Shown here piece by piece: positions 1-10,200 of a stretch of 64,000 nucleotides of DNA. A program made the translations under genes and the position numbers. Origin of the DNA: a virus. The stretch covers positions 122,313 through 186,312 of the IMG/VR virus record IMGVR_UViG_3300037336_000025. The stretch is one strand, 5' to 3'. A model generated the notes under the pieces. That model had not been told where the DNA came from. It worked only from the letters and a program-made list of their open reading frames with translations, and did no database searches. How positions within the stretch are numbered: position 1 is the stretch's first letter; every line of letters begins with the position of its first letter.

Positions 1-1
1 G

Positions 2-1729
2 ATAACAATAACCAACTCAACACCAGCGACTCTTTACTATTGGTGTTCTAACCATTTAGTTATGGGAAATGCCATATCAGTAGCAGATCCAGGATCAGGT
101 GGAATTGCTAATATAACCCCAGGTAGTGGCATTTCTGTAGCAGTAGTTGATAATGTAACTACTGTGACTAATACAGGTGTATTAGATATTCAAGCTGCCG
201 CAGGGATTGCAGTTTCTGAAACCGCAGGTGCATTTACGGTATCTAATACAGGAGTGTTAAGCATTACTGCAGGTACCGGAATCACACTAACTACTAATCA
301 AGGAGTAGTTACTATAAATTCTTCTGCTGCCGCAGGCGACTTAATTTTCTCTACTAACACTATAGATTTGTCAACAGGCAGCAGTATATCCTTTTTAACC
401 GATGTAAGTTTTTCAGCAGATGTGGAAATAGGCAGCGAAATCGTATTTGGGGACGGTAGTAGACAAAGCACAGCAACGTTAGTAGGGCCGCAAGGCGATG
501 AAGGCCCTCCTGGTCCTACAGGTAGCGGCGCAGGCGATGTTAGCTCAGTAAATGGCGGCTATGCAGATAACAACCTTGTCCGGTACAACGGTGTATCCGG
601 TACATCTATACAAACTAGTTTGGCTTCTATCAGCGATACTGGAATATTATCAGCAACATCATTCAGCGGTATAGGAACAAGTCTAACGGCATTAAATGCT
701 AGCAACTTAGCAAGTGGTACAGTTCCTAATGCTAGATTTCCTGCTACGCTGCCTGTTGCCAGCGGAGTAAACTTAACAGCATTAAATGCTAGCAACTTAG
801 CAAGTGGTACTATGCCAGATGCTAGATTCCCTGCTACGCTTCCAGTAGTAAGCGGAATAAACTTAACAGCATTAAATGCTAGTAACTTAGCAAGTGGTAC
901 TGTGCCAGTTTTGAGGTTAGGCACTGCTGGAACTAGAGATACTACCACGTTCTTGAGAGGCGATAATACTTGGACAACCGTAGCTGGCGGTGGCGCACAA
1001 TCAGATAGTTTTGCAACAATAGCAGTAGCAGGACAGACTAGTGTTGCAGCAGATTCAGCTACTGATACGTTAACACTAGTCGCTGGCACCGGTATCAGTA
1101 TAACTACAGATGCAGGCACAGACACTGTGACTATTACTAACAGTTCTAGCTCTGCTAATGCTTTTGCAACTATTGCAGTTACCGGACAAAATGATGTAGT
1201 AGCAGATAGTGCTACTGATACGTTAACGATCTCCGCTGGTACAGGTATTAGCATAACTACAAATGAGAGTACAGACACAGTAACTATTACAAGTACAGTA
1301 GCCTCTGGAGCCACTGCATTTACAGGATTAAGCGATTCGGCCGGCGCAACTATAGATCAAATCTACTTACCAGCAATGACAATGTTGTTAGTAACAAATA
1401 ACGGAGCATCGGCATATAGATTTGATCAATACGGATCTACTGATAACCCAACAGTATATGCAATTACAGGAATGACTATTGCTTTTAATTTAAATGTAAG
1501 CGGCCATCCTTTCCTAATACAAACACCAAGCGGTATAAATTATAATACTGGATTAATTCATGTATCAACTGGTGGTACAGTATCAACTGGAACTAATGCA
1601 CAAGGTAAGGTTTCTGGAACATTATATTGGAAAGTACCATCGGACATATCAGGTGGATACCGATATCAGTGTAGCGTACACGGCTCAATGGTAGGGCTGA
1701 TTACTGTTAAAACTATCTCTACTCTTTAA
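2..1729 (+). CDS. Tail fibre / virion appendage protein, 5'-partial, with repeats and cupredoxin-like domains
   Basis: The frame is open from base 2 (ITITNSTPATLYYWCSNHLV-MGN), so ATG62 is internal. G/S/T-rich, short collagen-like GPQGDEGPPGPTG, 3x LTALNASNLASGT repeats, C-terminal GHPF...YRYQCSVHGSMVG. Confidence 0.75.
   Translation: MTITNSTPATLYYWCSNHLVMGNAISVADPGSGGIANITPGSGISVAVVDNVTTVTNTGVLDIQAAAGIAVSETAGAFTVSNTGVLSITAGTGITLTTNQGVVTINSSAAAGDLIFSTNTIDLSTGSSISFLTDVSFSADVEIGSEIVFGDGSRQSTATLVGPQGDEGPPGPTGSGAGDVSSVNGGYADNNLVRYNGVSGTSIQTSLASISDTGILSATSFSGIGTSLTALNASNLASGTVPNARFPATLPVASGVNLTALNASNLASGTMPDARFPATLPVVSGINLTALNASNLASGTVPVLRLGTAGTRDTTTFLRGDNTWTTVAGGGAQSDSFATIAVAGQTSVAADSATDTLTLVAGTGISITTDAGTDTVTITNSSSSANAFATIAVTGQNDVVADSATDTLTISAGTGISITTNESTDTVTITSTVASGATAFTGLSDSAGATIDQIYLPAMTMLLVTNNGASAYRFDQYGSTDNPTVYAITGMTIAFNLNVSGHPFLIQTPSGINYNTGLIHVSTGGTVSTGTNAQGKVSGTLYWKVPSDISGGYRYQCSVHGSMVGLITVKTISTL
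684..900 (+). repeat. Three tandem 90-bp (30-aa) coding repeats in the fibre gene
   Basis: attaaatgctag(c/t)aacttagcaagtggtac at 691, 781 and 871. A second 153-bp-period repeat (FATIAV.GQ..V.ADSATDTLT) lies at about 1010 and 1163. Confidence 0.9.
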
Positions 1730-1741
1730 ACTTTAGAATTA

Positions 1742-3169
1742 TTACCCGTTAACTATTCCCCAGTATCCTGGAGCGTACTCGCCTTCAAATGCTTTCATCC
1801 ATTGAGTACCGTCCCAGCGATATTGGATACCTGTACGATAGTTTTGAATATAAGTTGGAACAGTAGCAGTAGCAGGATCCCAAACTTCAACCCAGTTAGT
1901 GCCGTTCCATTCAATAATACTGTTGGCTTTGATAACTGGGTCACTAAGGTCGAGATTCTTCCAGCCATCGGGTCCATCTGCATTTGCACTATTAGGATTG
2001 ACATCGTCTAACATTAGATATCTAATCTCAGGTATATTTGCCTGTCCGTTAAATGTAGTAACAGGATTGAATCTATAAGGATCAATGATTGCATCTACAT
2101 AAGTTTTGCCTGCAATAACAGTATTAGAAATTTGGTTAGGATCGTCTGCAAACGACACAGTTAGAATAGTTGGATCAGTAGGGTTAATATCAAATGTGCC
2201 TACCATGTCAAAGCCGCTAGCCTGCTTAAAGAAAATATGGTCTCCAGCTTTAAACCCACCGGTAGCTGATAACAAACTATTCCAATCAACTGGTTCACCT
2301 AACTTGAATGCTTTTTGATCTAACCCTTGTGCAATAACAGCAGCACCTGGATTGACTAGTGTAAGATCGTAAATATTATCACTGATATTACCAGTATTAG
2401 ATTTAAACAATAGTACACGAAAGCGCAACGGATTAGTCTGGAAAGATCCCTTATCCCGATTAAATGCTAAATCTTCAAGATTAACAATATCACCGGCTTC
2501 TGTGAACACATTAGCAATAACTGATCTAACCACGCCTAACTTCTTGACCTTGGCTGGCGGAGATAACCATATAGGCATATCAAACTCAACAGAACAAATG
2601 TCAATGTCACTGTCAGTGCCTTGTGGTATTGTTCTAGAACTAAAATTAGTTGTCTTTATATTTAGAACGCTTAAACTAGTCCAATCAATATAGTTGTCCG
2701 TTGTTTGTAACTCAAGACTAGGATTAAACAATACCATAATCTGTTCAAATAATTGTAACTTTTGATCAGTGTTACTGGTCCAGATGTCTGCTTTCATAGA
2801 CAGTGTGAACGGAGTAGGCATTAGCCGTTCGACGGTATAGTTGCCGCCTTGTGCATTTTGATAATCAATTGTACCGTCGATATCGTCATATCTACGTTCT
2901 CTAATATTAACCTTACTAACAAACGTAGCATCACTCATCCGACTCATATCCATGTCAACGCCACTGATATAACAGGCAATGCGAGGAACGGTAGACATTT
3001 TGTTTTCGCTGTTATCTTTAATAATACTAGCAACTTGCCTGGTCATATCTCCGTACAGCACCGGAACACTTAATTGATTGCCTTCTCCGTCTTGATACTT
3101 AAATCCTATAAACACACGCATGAATTGCGTTACATATCGTCTTATTTGTCCGTCATAAAAATAGTCGAT
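1742..3169 (-). CDS. gp15: Tail terminator / sheath stabilizer (T4 gp15-like) with long C-terminal extension
   Basis: In-frame extension upstream of ATG3121 reads IDYFYDGQIRRYVTQF, matching the T4 gp15 N-terminus YFYNSSFRRY, followed by the VPVLYG motif. The codon at the expected start is ATC. Confidence 0.7.
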   Translation of the reverse strand: MDYFYDGQIRRYVTQFMRVFIGFKYQDGEGNQLSVPVLYGDMTRQVASIIKDNSENKMSTVPRIACYISGVDMDMSRMSDATFVSKVNIRERRYDDIDGTIDYQNAQGGNYTVERLMPTPFTLSMKADIWTSNTDQKLQLFEQIMVLFNPSLELQTTDNYIDWTSLSVLNIKTTNFSSRTIPQGTDSDIDICSVEFDMPIWLSPPAKVKKLGVVRSVIANVFTEAGDIVNLEDLAFNRDKGSFQTNPLRFRVLLFKSNTGNISDNIYDLTLVNPGAAVIAQGLDQKAFKLGEPVDWNSLLSATGGFKAGDHIFFKQASGFDMVGTFDINPTDPTILTVSFADDPNQISNTVIAGKTYVDAIIDPYRFNPVTTFNGQANIPEIRYLMLDDVNPNSANADGPDGWKNLDLSDPVIKANSIIEWNGTNWVEVWDPATATVPTYIQNYRTGIQYRWDGTQWMKAFEGEYAPGYWGIVNG

Positions 3170-3171
3170 GA

Positions 3172-3720
3172 TTATACAGTAGCGTTAGCCACAGCCTCCT
3201 TAGTTAACCACACTCTTTTACCATCTATAACTTTCCAAGTTTTTCCAGTATAGTGCTGTGCTTTTAAATGTGCTTCTCGTTTTTTTTGTTTATTTTCTTC
3301 GGAACAGATTTTTCCTTTCATAGGCCCGCCATCTTTCCTTTTCCATCCGCTATCTCTTCCTTCTAATCTTCTCTGTAAATGAGCAGCTTTTTGAGCATCA
3401 CTCATCCGTTGTTTACTCTCTTCAGAATGTAGCTTGTTGCCGCCTGCTTGTCGAATATTAAACCCATTGTTAATAGAATCGTATTGATTCACATATTTTT
3501 CCTCTAACAAGTTTAATTCTTCCAACGATTTCGCTTCTGCAATAACTTCAAATATAAATGATTCTGATCCGTATTTTTTTAAAGCATTGTGAAAGTGATA
3601 TGTTCTTGGAGTATTCCTACTATCGGCAATATGTTCAAGCCGACGCCGATTTGGATTTTGTATAGTTTGCCCTATATACGCTCTTCCGCTTTCGGTATGT
3701 ATAAATTTATAGATATACAT
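3172..3720 (-). CDS. GIY-YIG homing endonuclease (Seg-like, NUMOD3-type C-terminus)
   Basis: MYIYKF...AYIGQT, conserved R, E and N (GFN), then HSEESKQRMS repeat; inserted between gp14 and gp15. Confidence 0.85.
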   Translation of the reverse strand: MYIYKFIHTESGRAYIGQTIQNPNRRRLEHIADSRNTPRTYHFHNALKKYGSESFIFEVIAEAKSLEELNLLEEKYVNQYDSINNGFNIRQAGGNKLHSEESKQRMSDAQKAAHLQRRLEGRDSGWKRKDGGPMKGKICSEENKQKKREAHLKAQHYTGKTWKVIDGKRVWLTKEAVANATV

Positions 3721-4985
3721 TATACATCCGCCTGTGGTCTAAGCGCCTTGCTAAGGCTTTGTTTCTCTTCAACAGTATGCCCGTCGATGACTGCTGTATT
3801 TGTATTGTTAATAAATGTACCTTTCTGTGTTTGACGAACATCTTTACCTTCAAATGTATCGCCAACTCCAGTATCGCTAGCACCTAGATTGTTCATAGTC
3901 ATACGCTGTATATCTTCCATCTTAACCCATCTTGTTCCGTTGAACCTAAACAGTCTGTTAGGCATGTAATCTTTTCTTAGGCAATACTGTCCGTCTACGC
4001 CTGACAGTGGAAATGCAATGCCAGCAGTAAACGGCGCACCGTTTGAAGGAATGCCATCTCCTGTTAGGTAACCTTGGTAGCCATTGCCCTTGGCAGTTTG
4101 TAACATTGTGCTGGCTGTTGGCCCAACATATATTGGGTCGTTGTTGGCATCAAACAACAAGTTGCCATCAGCATCAGTGGCCTGGGTTTGCAAGCTAGCA
4201 TCAATAGTTTCATTGTCAACAGTTACGAGATCAGCATTTCCGTTTTCATCCAGTTGAACAGTCCAGAATTTAGTAGTATCGTATCCGCTCTTAGGAGCAT
4301 CTGCTTCTGCTTGGTTAAGAACTGCTTGGGTAATCTGCATTTCTTTTTCATACGTAGACATAATGTCACGTAAGGTAGTGGTAGTATCGTTACCATCTCC
4401 GTCAGCGAGACCGTTGAGAATGTCTTTAAATTCTTGACTGTCTACTAGTGGTTTACATTTAGCACGATATAGGTGCGGATACCAAGTTACTGAATATCCT
4501 TCCGCTGCACGATTGACTTCCTCAACAACGTAAAAACGTTTTAGAGCAAACTGCAAATCGTTAAGTGCATACTCGTCTTTTAAGTGCGGTAGCTCAATTA
4601 CATCGCCCGACATAATTTTACGTCCAAGTTTTTCGACAGTATCGTTAATATGAAACGTCATGAATACTGTGTCATTTTGTAGAAATAGACCAAACTGACT
4701 TAGGTTAAAGTCAATGTCTTGAATATTATAAACACCTCGCAGCCTATATATATCCGGATCATACTTGCGATCTCTATTTTCTAAGAATAGTAAATCTTGT
4801 ATTTGTAAAGGATTGTCTGTGGTATATGCAGGAGTTGTCGGAGTAACTTCACTGCTAGAACCAGGTCCTATATACTTGTGAACAAGTACATCGACTCCGC
4901 CGACTTGGAACATTTCCCAAACGGTTTTATCGATGAATTTAAAATCATTGCCCTTTTGGGCGCGGTAGAGGCTTAATCTTGGCAT
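3720..4985 (-). CDS. gp14: Neck / head-completion protein (T4 gp14-like)
   Basis: Start MPRLSLYR at 4985, 4 nt after TAAATA. Contains DLLFLENRDRKY, LSQFGLFL and MSGDVIELPHL. Sits beside gp13 and gp15. Confidence 0.65.
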   Translation of the reverse strand: MPRLSLYRAQKGNDFKFIDKTVWEMFQVGGVDVLVHKYIGPGSSSEVTPTTPAYTTDNPLQIQDLLFLENRDRKYDPDIYRLRGVYNIQDIDFNLSQFGLFLQNDTVFMTFHINDTVEKLGRKIMSGDVIELPHLKDEYALNDLQFALKRFYVVEEVNRAAEGYSVTWYPHLYRAKCKPLVDSQEFKDILNGLADGDGNDTTTTLRDIMSTYEKEMQITQAVLNQAEADAPKSGYDTTKFWTVQLDENGNADLVTVDNETIDASLQTQATDADGNLLFDANNDPIYVGPTASTMLQTAKGNGYQGYLTGDGIPSNGAPFTAGIAFPLSGVDGQYCLRKDYMPNRLFRFNGTRWVKMEDIQRMTMNNLGASDTGVGDTFEGKDVRQTQKGTFINNTNTAVIDGHTVEEKQSLSKALRPQADV

Positions 4986-4989
4986 ACTA

Positions 4990-5010
4990 TATTTACCGTA
5001 ACGATAAATA
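4990..5010. promoter_or_regulatory. Back-to-back divergent late promoters (TAAATA)
   Basis: Minus-strand TAAATA at 4995-4990 is 4 nt from ATG4985; plus-strand TAAATA at 5005-5010 is 5 nt from ATG5016. Confidence 0.7.
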
Positions 5011-5015
5011 CTTGT

Positions 5016-5771
5016 ATGAGCCAAATAGATATTACCAAACAAAGCGTTTACGACTACTGTAAAGCCATGCTGGGTGACGGCATGATTGATATAGAGCTAG
5101 ATCCTATCCATTACGAAACTGCGCTAACACGCAGTTTAGCAGTATTTCGACAACGTGCAGATAATGCTGTTGAAGAAAGTTACATCTTTTTGAATCTTGA
5201 AGAAGATCAAAACGAGTATATTTTGCCAAAAGAAATACAGGTTGTCCGACAGATTTATCGTAGAACTATTGGTTCGCGCACAGGCGGAGGAAGCGGCGGT
5301 ACCGTATTTGAACCGTTTAACTTAGCCTACACAAATACCTATTTGTTATCATCAACAAACATGGGTGGGCTAGCAACATACGAACTGTTTGCAGGCTATC
5401 AAGAAATGGTTGGTAAGATGTTTGGATCTTTTATTAACTTTAATTGGAATCCACAAAACCGTAAACTAACAATTCATCAACGTCCTCGCACTCAAGAGTC
5501 AGTTATGTTGTTGGTTTATAACGTTAAACCTGATCACGCAATTATCGAAGATACGTATGCAGGACAATGGATTAAAGATTACACCCTTGCTAATTGCAAA
5601 ATGATGCTTGGTCAAGCCCGTGAAAAGTTTGCCAGCATTGCAGGTCCGCAGGGCGGCACAGCGCTTAACGGGGCAGCAATGAAAGCTGAAGGACAATCTG
5701 ATATGGATAGACTAAGTGAAGACCTTAAGACTGGTATTACTACACAAGGTTGGGGATGGGTGATCGGATAA
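5016..5771 (+). CDS. gp13: Neck protein (T4 gp13-like)
   Basis: LGDGMIDIEL, WIKDYTLA..KMMLGQAREKF..I.GPQGG..LNG motifs typical of gp13. Confidence 0.75.
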   Translation: MSQIDITKQSVYDYCKAMLGDGMIDIELDPIHYETALTRSLAVFRQRADNAVEESYIFLNLEEDQNEYILPKEIQVVRQIYRRTIGSRTGGGSGGTVFEPFNLAYTNTYLLSSTNMGGLATYELFAGYQEMVGKMFGSFINFNWNPQNRKLTIHQRPRTQESVMLLVYNVKPDHAIIEDTYAGQWIKDYTLANCKMMLGQAREKFASIAGPQGGTALNGAAMKAEGQSDMDRLSEDLKTGITTQGWGWVIG

Positions 5772-6109
5772 TGAAAGCTAATGAATTTATTTTTGAAGAT
5801 GACGAAGAGTTATATACTGAAACTGCTAAAATGGTTTGGGGTGTTGGCAAGCACACTGCTCGTGGCGGCACAACTAAATTAAAATTCCGTTGTTCATCAG
5901 GACCAAGGAAGAGCCGACAAGTTAGTCATCCATCAAAATGCCACCAGCCTATGGATATGGCACAGGCCCAGAAGATGAAAACTACTAGAGCACGTACTGC
6001 TCCTCAAGCAGCTAGAAGAACTCAAAGAACTAAATCTATCAATACTGCAAGTGTATTAGCTAATAGATTGAACACTAACAAACCAAAACAACCAAAACCT
6101 TATAGATAG
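5771..6109 (+). CDS. Hypothetical basic protein, possibly internal virion protein
   Basis: TAATG coupling to gp13 gives start 5771 (MKANEFIFE); K/R-rich C-terminal part. Confidence 0.6.
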   Translation: MKANEFIFEDDEELYTETAKMVWGVGKHTARGGTTKLKFRCSSGPRKSRQVSHPSKCHQPMDMAQAQKMKTTRARTAPQAARRTQRTKSINTASVLANRLNTNKPKQPKPYR

Positions 6110-6110
6110 G

Positions 6111-6139
6111 TTGACCCTATATCATTATTATAGTATAAT
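6111..6139 (+). promoter_or_regulatory. sigma70-type promoter
   Basis: TTGACC-N17-TATAAT followed by AGGAG RBS and ATG6159. Confidence 0.75.
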
Positions 6140-6158
6140 TGTCGTATAGGAGATAGTT

Positions 6159-6812
6159 ATGATTATAGGTGTATGCGGGTTTATTGGCAGTGGTAAAGAT
6201 ACCGTTGCAGATTACTTACAAAACTTCCACGAATTTAGACGAGAGAGCTTTGCATCAACTCTTAAAGATGCAGTGGCAGCAGTATTTGGTTGGGACCGAA
6301 CTATGCTAGAAGGTCGTACTAAGGAAGCTCGCGAATGGCGAGAACAAGTAGATCCGTGGTGGGCAACTCGCCTAGCAATGCCTACACTAACTCCTCGTTG
6401 GGTTCTCCAATATTGGGGTACAGAAGTATGCCGCAAAGCATTCCATGACGATATCTGGATCGCTAGCTTGGAAAACAAACTCCGTCTAAGTAAAGATAGT
6501 GTAGTAATTAGTGATTGTAGATTTCCTAATGAAATTCAAAGTATTCGAAATGCAGGTGGTAAGATTGTCTGGGTACAACGTGGAGAATTACCTGATTGGT
6601 ATCAAGTGGCTCTCGACGCAAACACAGGCCGCAATTATGCAATTCAAGAATTAAAGATGCGAAAAATTCATGCTAGTGAAACAGCATGGGTGGGCACAGA
6701 CTTTGACGCTGTTCTAGACAACAATCATACTATTGACGCATTGTACAAGCAGGCCGCTTCAATAGTCAGCGATGAGGTCACCCTGCTTCCAGGCAATTCC
6801 TTCTTTGCCTAG
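6159..6812 (+). CDS. Deoxynucleoside monophosphate kinase
   Basis: IIGVCGFIGSGKDT P-loop, SFASTLKD, PRWVLQYWGTEVCR, ISDCRFPNE, HASE. Confidence 0.9.
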   Translation: MIIGVCGFIGSGKDTVADYLQNFHEFRRESFASTLKDAVAAVFGWDRTMLEGRTKEAREWREQVDPWWATRLAMPTLTPRWVLQYWGTEVCRKAFHDDIWIASLENKLRLSKDSVVISDCRFPNEIQSIRNAGGKIVWVQRGELPDWYQVALDANTGRNYAIQELKMRKIHASETAWVGTDFDAVLDNNHTIDALYKQAASIVSDEVTLLPGNSFFA

Positions 6813-7094
6813 TACTTGAGCACAGTTACAGCAAACAGTTTTTAGATTGTTAGGACGGCAGTTGTTTAAATTACCGTCTACGTGAAATACTCTAAACACT
6901 TCTTTATGCGGTGATCGAAACCCGCACTTATCGCATTGCAACTTTATCTGATACCCTGCTCTAACCCAGCGGGGTATTCCATGACCAATTCCGTTGGACA
7001 TGCAGATTTCACAGAGACTTCGGTAGTATACTCTGTCATTTTTCTTGTAATTTACTGCTTTAGGGCGATATCCGCACTTGCAAAGTGGTCTCAT
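6759..7094 (-). CDS. Zn-finger HNH-family protein
   Basis: Four CxxC pairs plus FHVDGNLNNCRPNNLKTVCCNC. Confidence 0.7.
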   Translation of the reverse strand: MRPLCKCGYRPKAVNYKKNDRVYYRSLCEICMSNGIGHGIPRWVRAGYQIKLQCDKCGFRSPHKEVFRVFHVDGNLNNCRPNNLKTVCCNCAQVLGKEGIAWKQGDLIADY

Positions 7095-7200
7095 AAAAAT
7101 ACTTAGCCTTTTCTGCCCCTTTTTCAGGGGTTATAACGGACTATTTTTCCTGCATTCAGGTAAATACTTTGAGTAAACTATTACCAGGAGAATAGGGAAT

Positions 7201-10200
7201 ATGGCACTACAATCACCAGGCGTACAAGTTACAGTTATCGACGAGAGTTTTTACACACCAGCAGAGCCTGGTACTACTCCTCTTATCGTAGTAGCTACAG
7301 CGCAAGACAAAACGAACGGATCAGGGACAGCGGTTGCCTCATCCACAACAAAAGCAAATGCCGGCAAGGCATTTAAACTAACTAGCCAACGCGATCTTAC
7401 TGATCTGTTTGGAGTACCATTCTTTGAGAAGACTGCGTCTTCAAGTCCAGTACACGGCGGTGAAAGAAACGAATACGGTCTGCTAGCAGCTTACAGCTTG
7501 CTAGGAGTCAGCAACGCAGCATTTATTGTACGTGCTGATGTTGATCTATCAGAGTTAGAAGCCCAAGCAACTGCTCCGGGAGCGGCCCCGAATAACGGCA
7601 AATGGTGGGTTGATACGCAAGCGACTACTTGGGGCATCCAAGAGTGGAACAGTGCAGATGTTAGCACTACCGGTGGACAGAAGTTTGCAGCAAAAACTCC
7701 AATAGTACTAACAGACGACGACAGTTCTAAAATTGAATCAGGCGGTGTTCCAAAAGCATCTATTGGCTCTATCGGTGACTACTGTGTTGTGTTCCAAACA
7801 GTGCAAGGAAGCGGCGCAGGTAGCGAAGAAGCTAAAATTTATTTCAAGAGCGCTGGACTACCAGTCGCTGGTGTTGTTGCAGGTGCATGGGCACTAGTTG
7901 GTTCTACAGAGTGGGCATTAAGCCACGCAACTGTAACTGGCTCTGGCTTTGGTACTCCTACAGCAGGCAACTTTACAATTAACGGAACAACTATTACATT
8001 GACCGGTGGCGAAACTGTTGCAGCAACAGTTGCACTTATTAATGGATTAACTATTGTTGATGCTGAAGAAGCAAGAGGCGTATTTGCTAGAGCAGTTGGC
8101 GGCGAAATTTATCTTTATACTTCCGGTACTAACGATCAACCAGCTACTGTTGATTCTAGTCTGTCAACAACAATTACCATTGGTGCAGGCACTACTACAC
8201 TATCCTTATTAGGTTTAGTTGCTGGCACATTTTATGCTCCAGGTCTACAGCAAACTCCACATACACAAGTTCCAACATGGAAGAGCAACGATGCAACTGC
8301 ACGCCCAACAGGTTCAGTATGGTTAAAGACAACTGAGCCAAACAATGGCGCACGTTGGAGAGTTAAGCAATGGAATTCAGCGACTGCTACTTGGGTAGCA
8401 AGCGAAGCTCCTATCTATGCTACTACAAATGCAGCATTGTACTACTTAGACCGCAGCGGCGGCGGAATCAACATTAGTGCTAACGCATTAATGGTTCAAA
8501 CAAACAGCCAAGAAGGCTCGTTCAATGACATAGTGCCTGATAGTGTTACATTTAGAATGTGGAGACGGTCTGTTGCGGCCGGACAATACACAACAATTGC
8601 TACTAGCATAACAGTAGGATCAGTTGCATCTACTGGTCCAAAGTCATTCACAATTGCAGAAAGTGTTAAGGGTGTTATTGCATTAGGTACAGCAAAGACT
8701 ATTTCATTCACTGCTACCAACGACATGGACGATGCTGAACTAATTGCTCAAGCAATTAACGCAGCAGGATTTGCAAACATTGAAGCAGAATCAGTAGCAG
8801 CAAGTACCGCGCCTACTAATGCAACTAACGTATTGAGCATTTACCACAAGTTAGGAGGCGACTTTAGAATTGTCGACACTGACAGTGTATTTGGTAACTT
8901 GTTTGCCAGCGCACTAAATGTATATGCTGCGCCTGCAGGTTCAAGTGATGACTATGTTGTCTCAGCCTGGGCACCATTTACAACTACTGCCTTTAGTGCA
9001 TCTGCTAGCGCTCCTCTAAACGAAGCAGATGATGGACAATTATGGTACAGCTCTAGTGTTGGCGATGTTGACATTATGATACATGATGGTACAACTTGGG
9101 TTGGTTACAGAAACGCTGCATCAGATTTTAATAGCGTAGATACAACACGTATTGGATACACTCCAGTGGTATCAGCAAGCAATCCTTGGATAGCCGGAAC
9201 ACTAACAGGCGACTTGTGGATTAGCACAGCCGACTTAGAAAATTATCCAACAATTTACCGTTACAATTCAGCAAGAACTGATATTGCCGACGGAAAGAAT
9301 CGTTGGGAATTAGTTGACAAGACTGATCAACAAACTGAAGAAGGTATCTTGTTTGCCGATGCACGTTATGACTTGAACGGCGAAGAAACTATTGCAGCTT
9401 CTATTAGCGATCTAGCTAACAGTAACTTCTTAGACTTTGATGCTCCAGATCCAGATCTATATCCAAGAGGCATGTTGCTGTGGAACTTGCGCAGAAGTGG
9501 CGGCAACGTTAAGCGTTACCAAAACAACTACGTGAATACAGCAAGTGATAATGTACGTTTTAACAACAACGAATCTATGGCAGACTATGCAACTGATCGT
9601 TGGGTTACAGCTAGCCCAAATAATGAAGACGGTTCTGGATCATTCCTACGTCATGCACAACGTGGTGTTGTAGTTGCTGCGCTTAAGAGTGCAGTTGATA
9701 CAAGCAGCGAGATCCGTGACGAAGAAAGACGTAACTTTAACATTATTTCTTGCCCAGGATATCCTGAGCTAATGAGCAATCTAGTTAACTTGAATATCGA
9801 TCGTGGAATTACAGCGTTTGTAGTTGGTGACACTCCACTACGTTTAGCTAGCGATGCTACAACATTAACTAACTGGGGTTCAAATGCCGAGCTAGTTACT
9901 GATAACGGCGATAAAGGGCTTGTTACTTACGACGAATACTTGGCTACGTTCTACCCAAGTGGATTTACCACAGACCTAAGCGGCGCCAATGCAGTTGTTC
10001 CTAGCTCACACATGATGCTTAAGACTATTGCACTAAGCGACAACGTTTCTTACCCATGGTTTGCTCCAGCAGGTACAAGACGCGGTGGCATTACTAACGC
10101 TACAGCCGTTGGTTACATTGATGCAGCAAGCGGTGAATTCCAAACTGTTGCACTCAATGAAGGTCAACGTGATACGTTATATGACTTAAAAATTAACCCA

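Noticed and set aside
559-1314. 251-aa minus-strand ORF
   Set aside because: Antisense shadow of the T/A/G-rich repetitive fibre gene; no start signals or motifs.
3165-3725. Group I intron around the GIY-YIG that would restore the gp15 AUG
   Set aside because: No U|...G| splice combination regenerates ATG-GAC, and the endonuclease ORF fills the whole interval, leaving no room for a ribozyme core.
6759-6812. 54-bp convergent overlap of dNMP kinase and the HNH gene as a special element
   Set aside because: Short tail-to-tail overlaps are common in compact phage genomes, and no further structure was seen.
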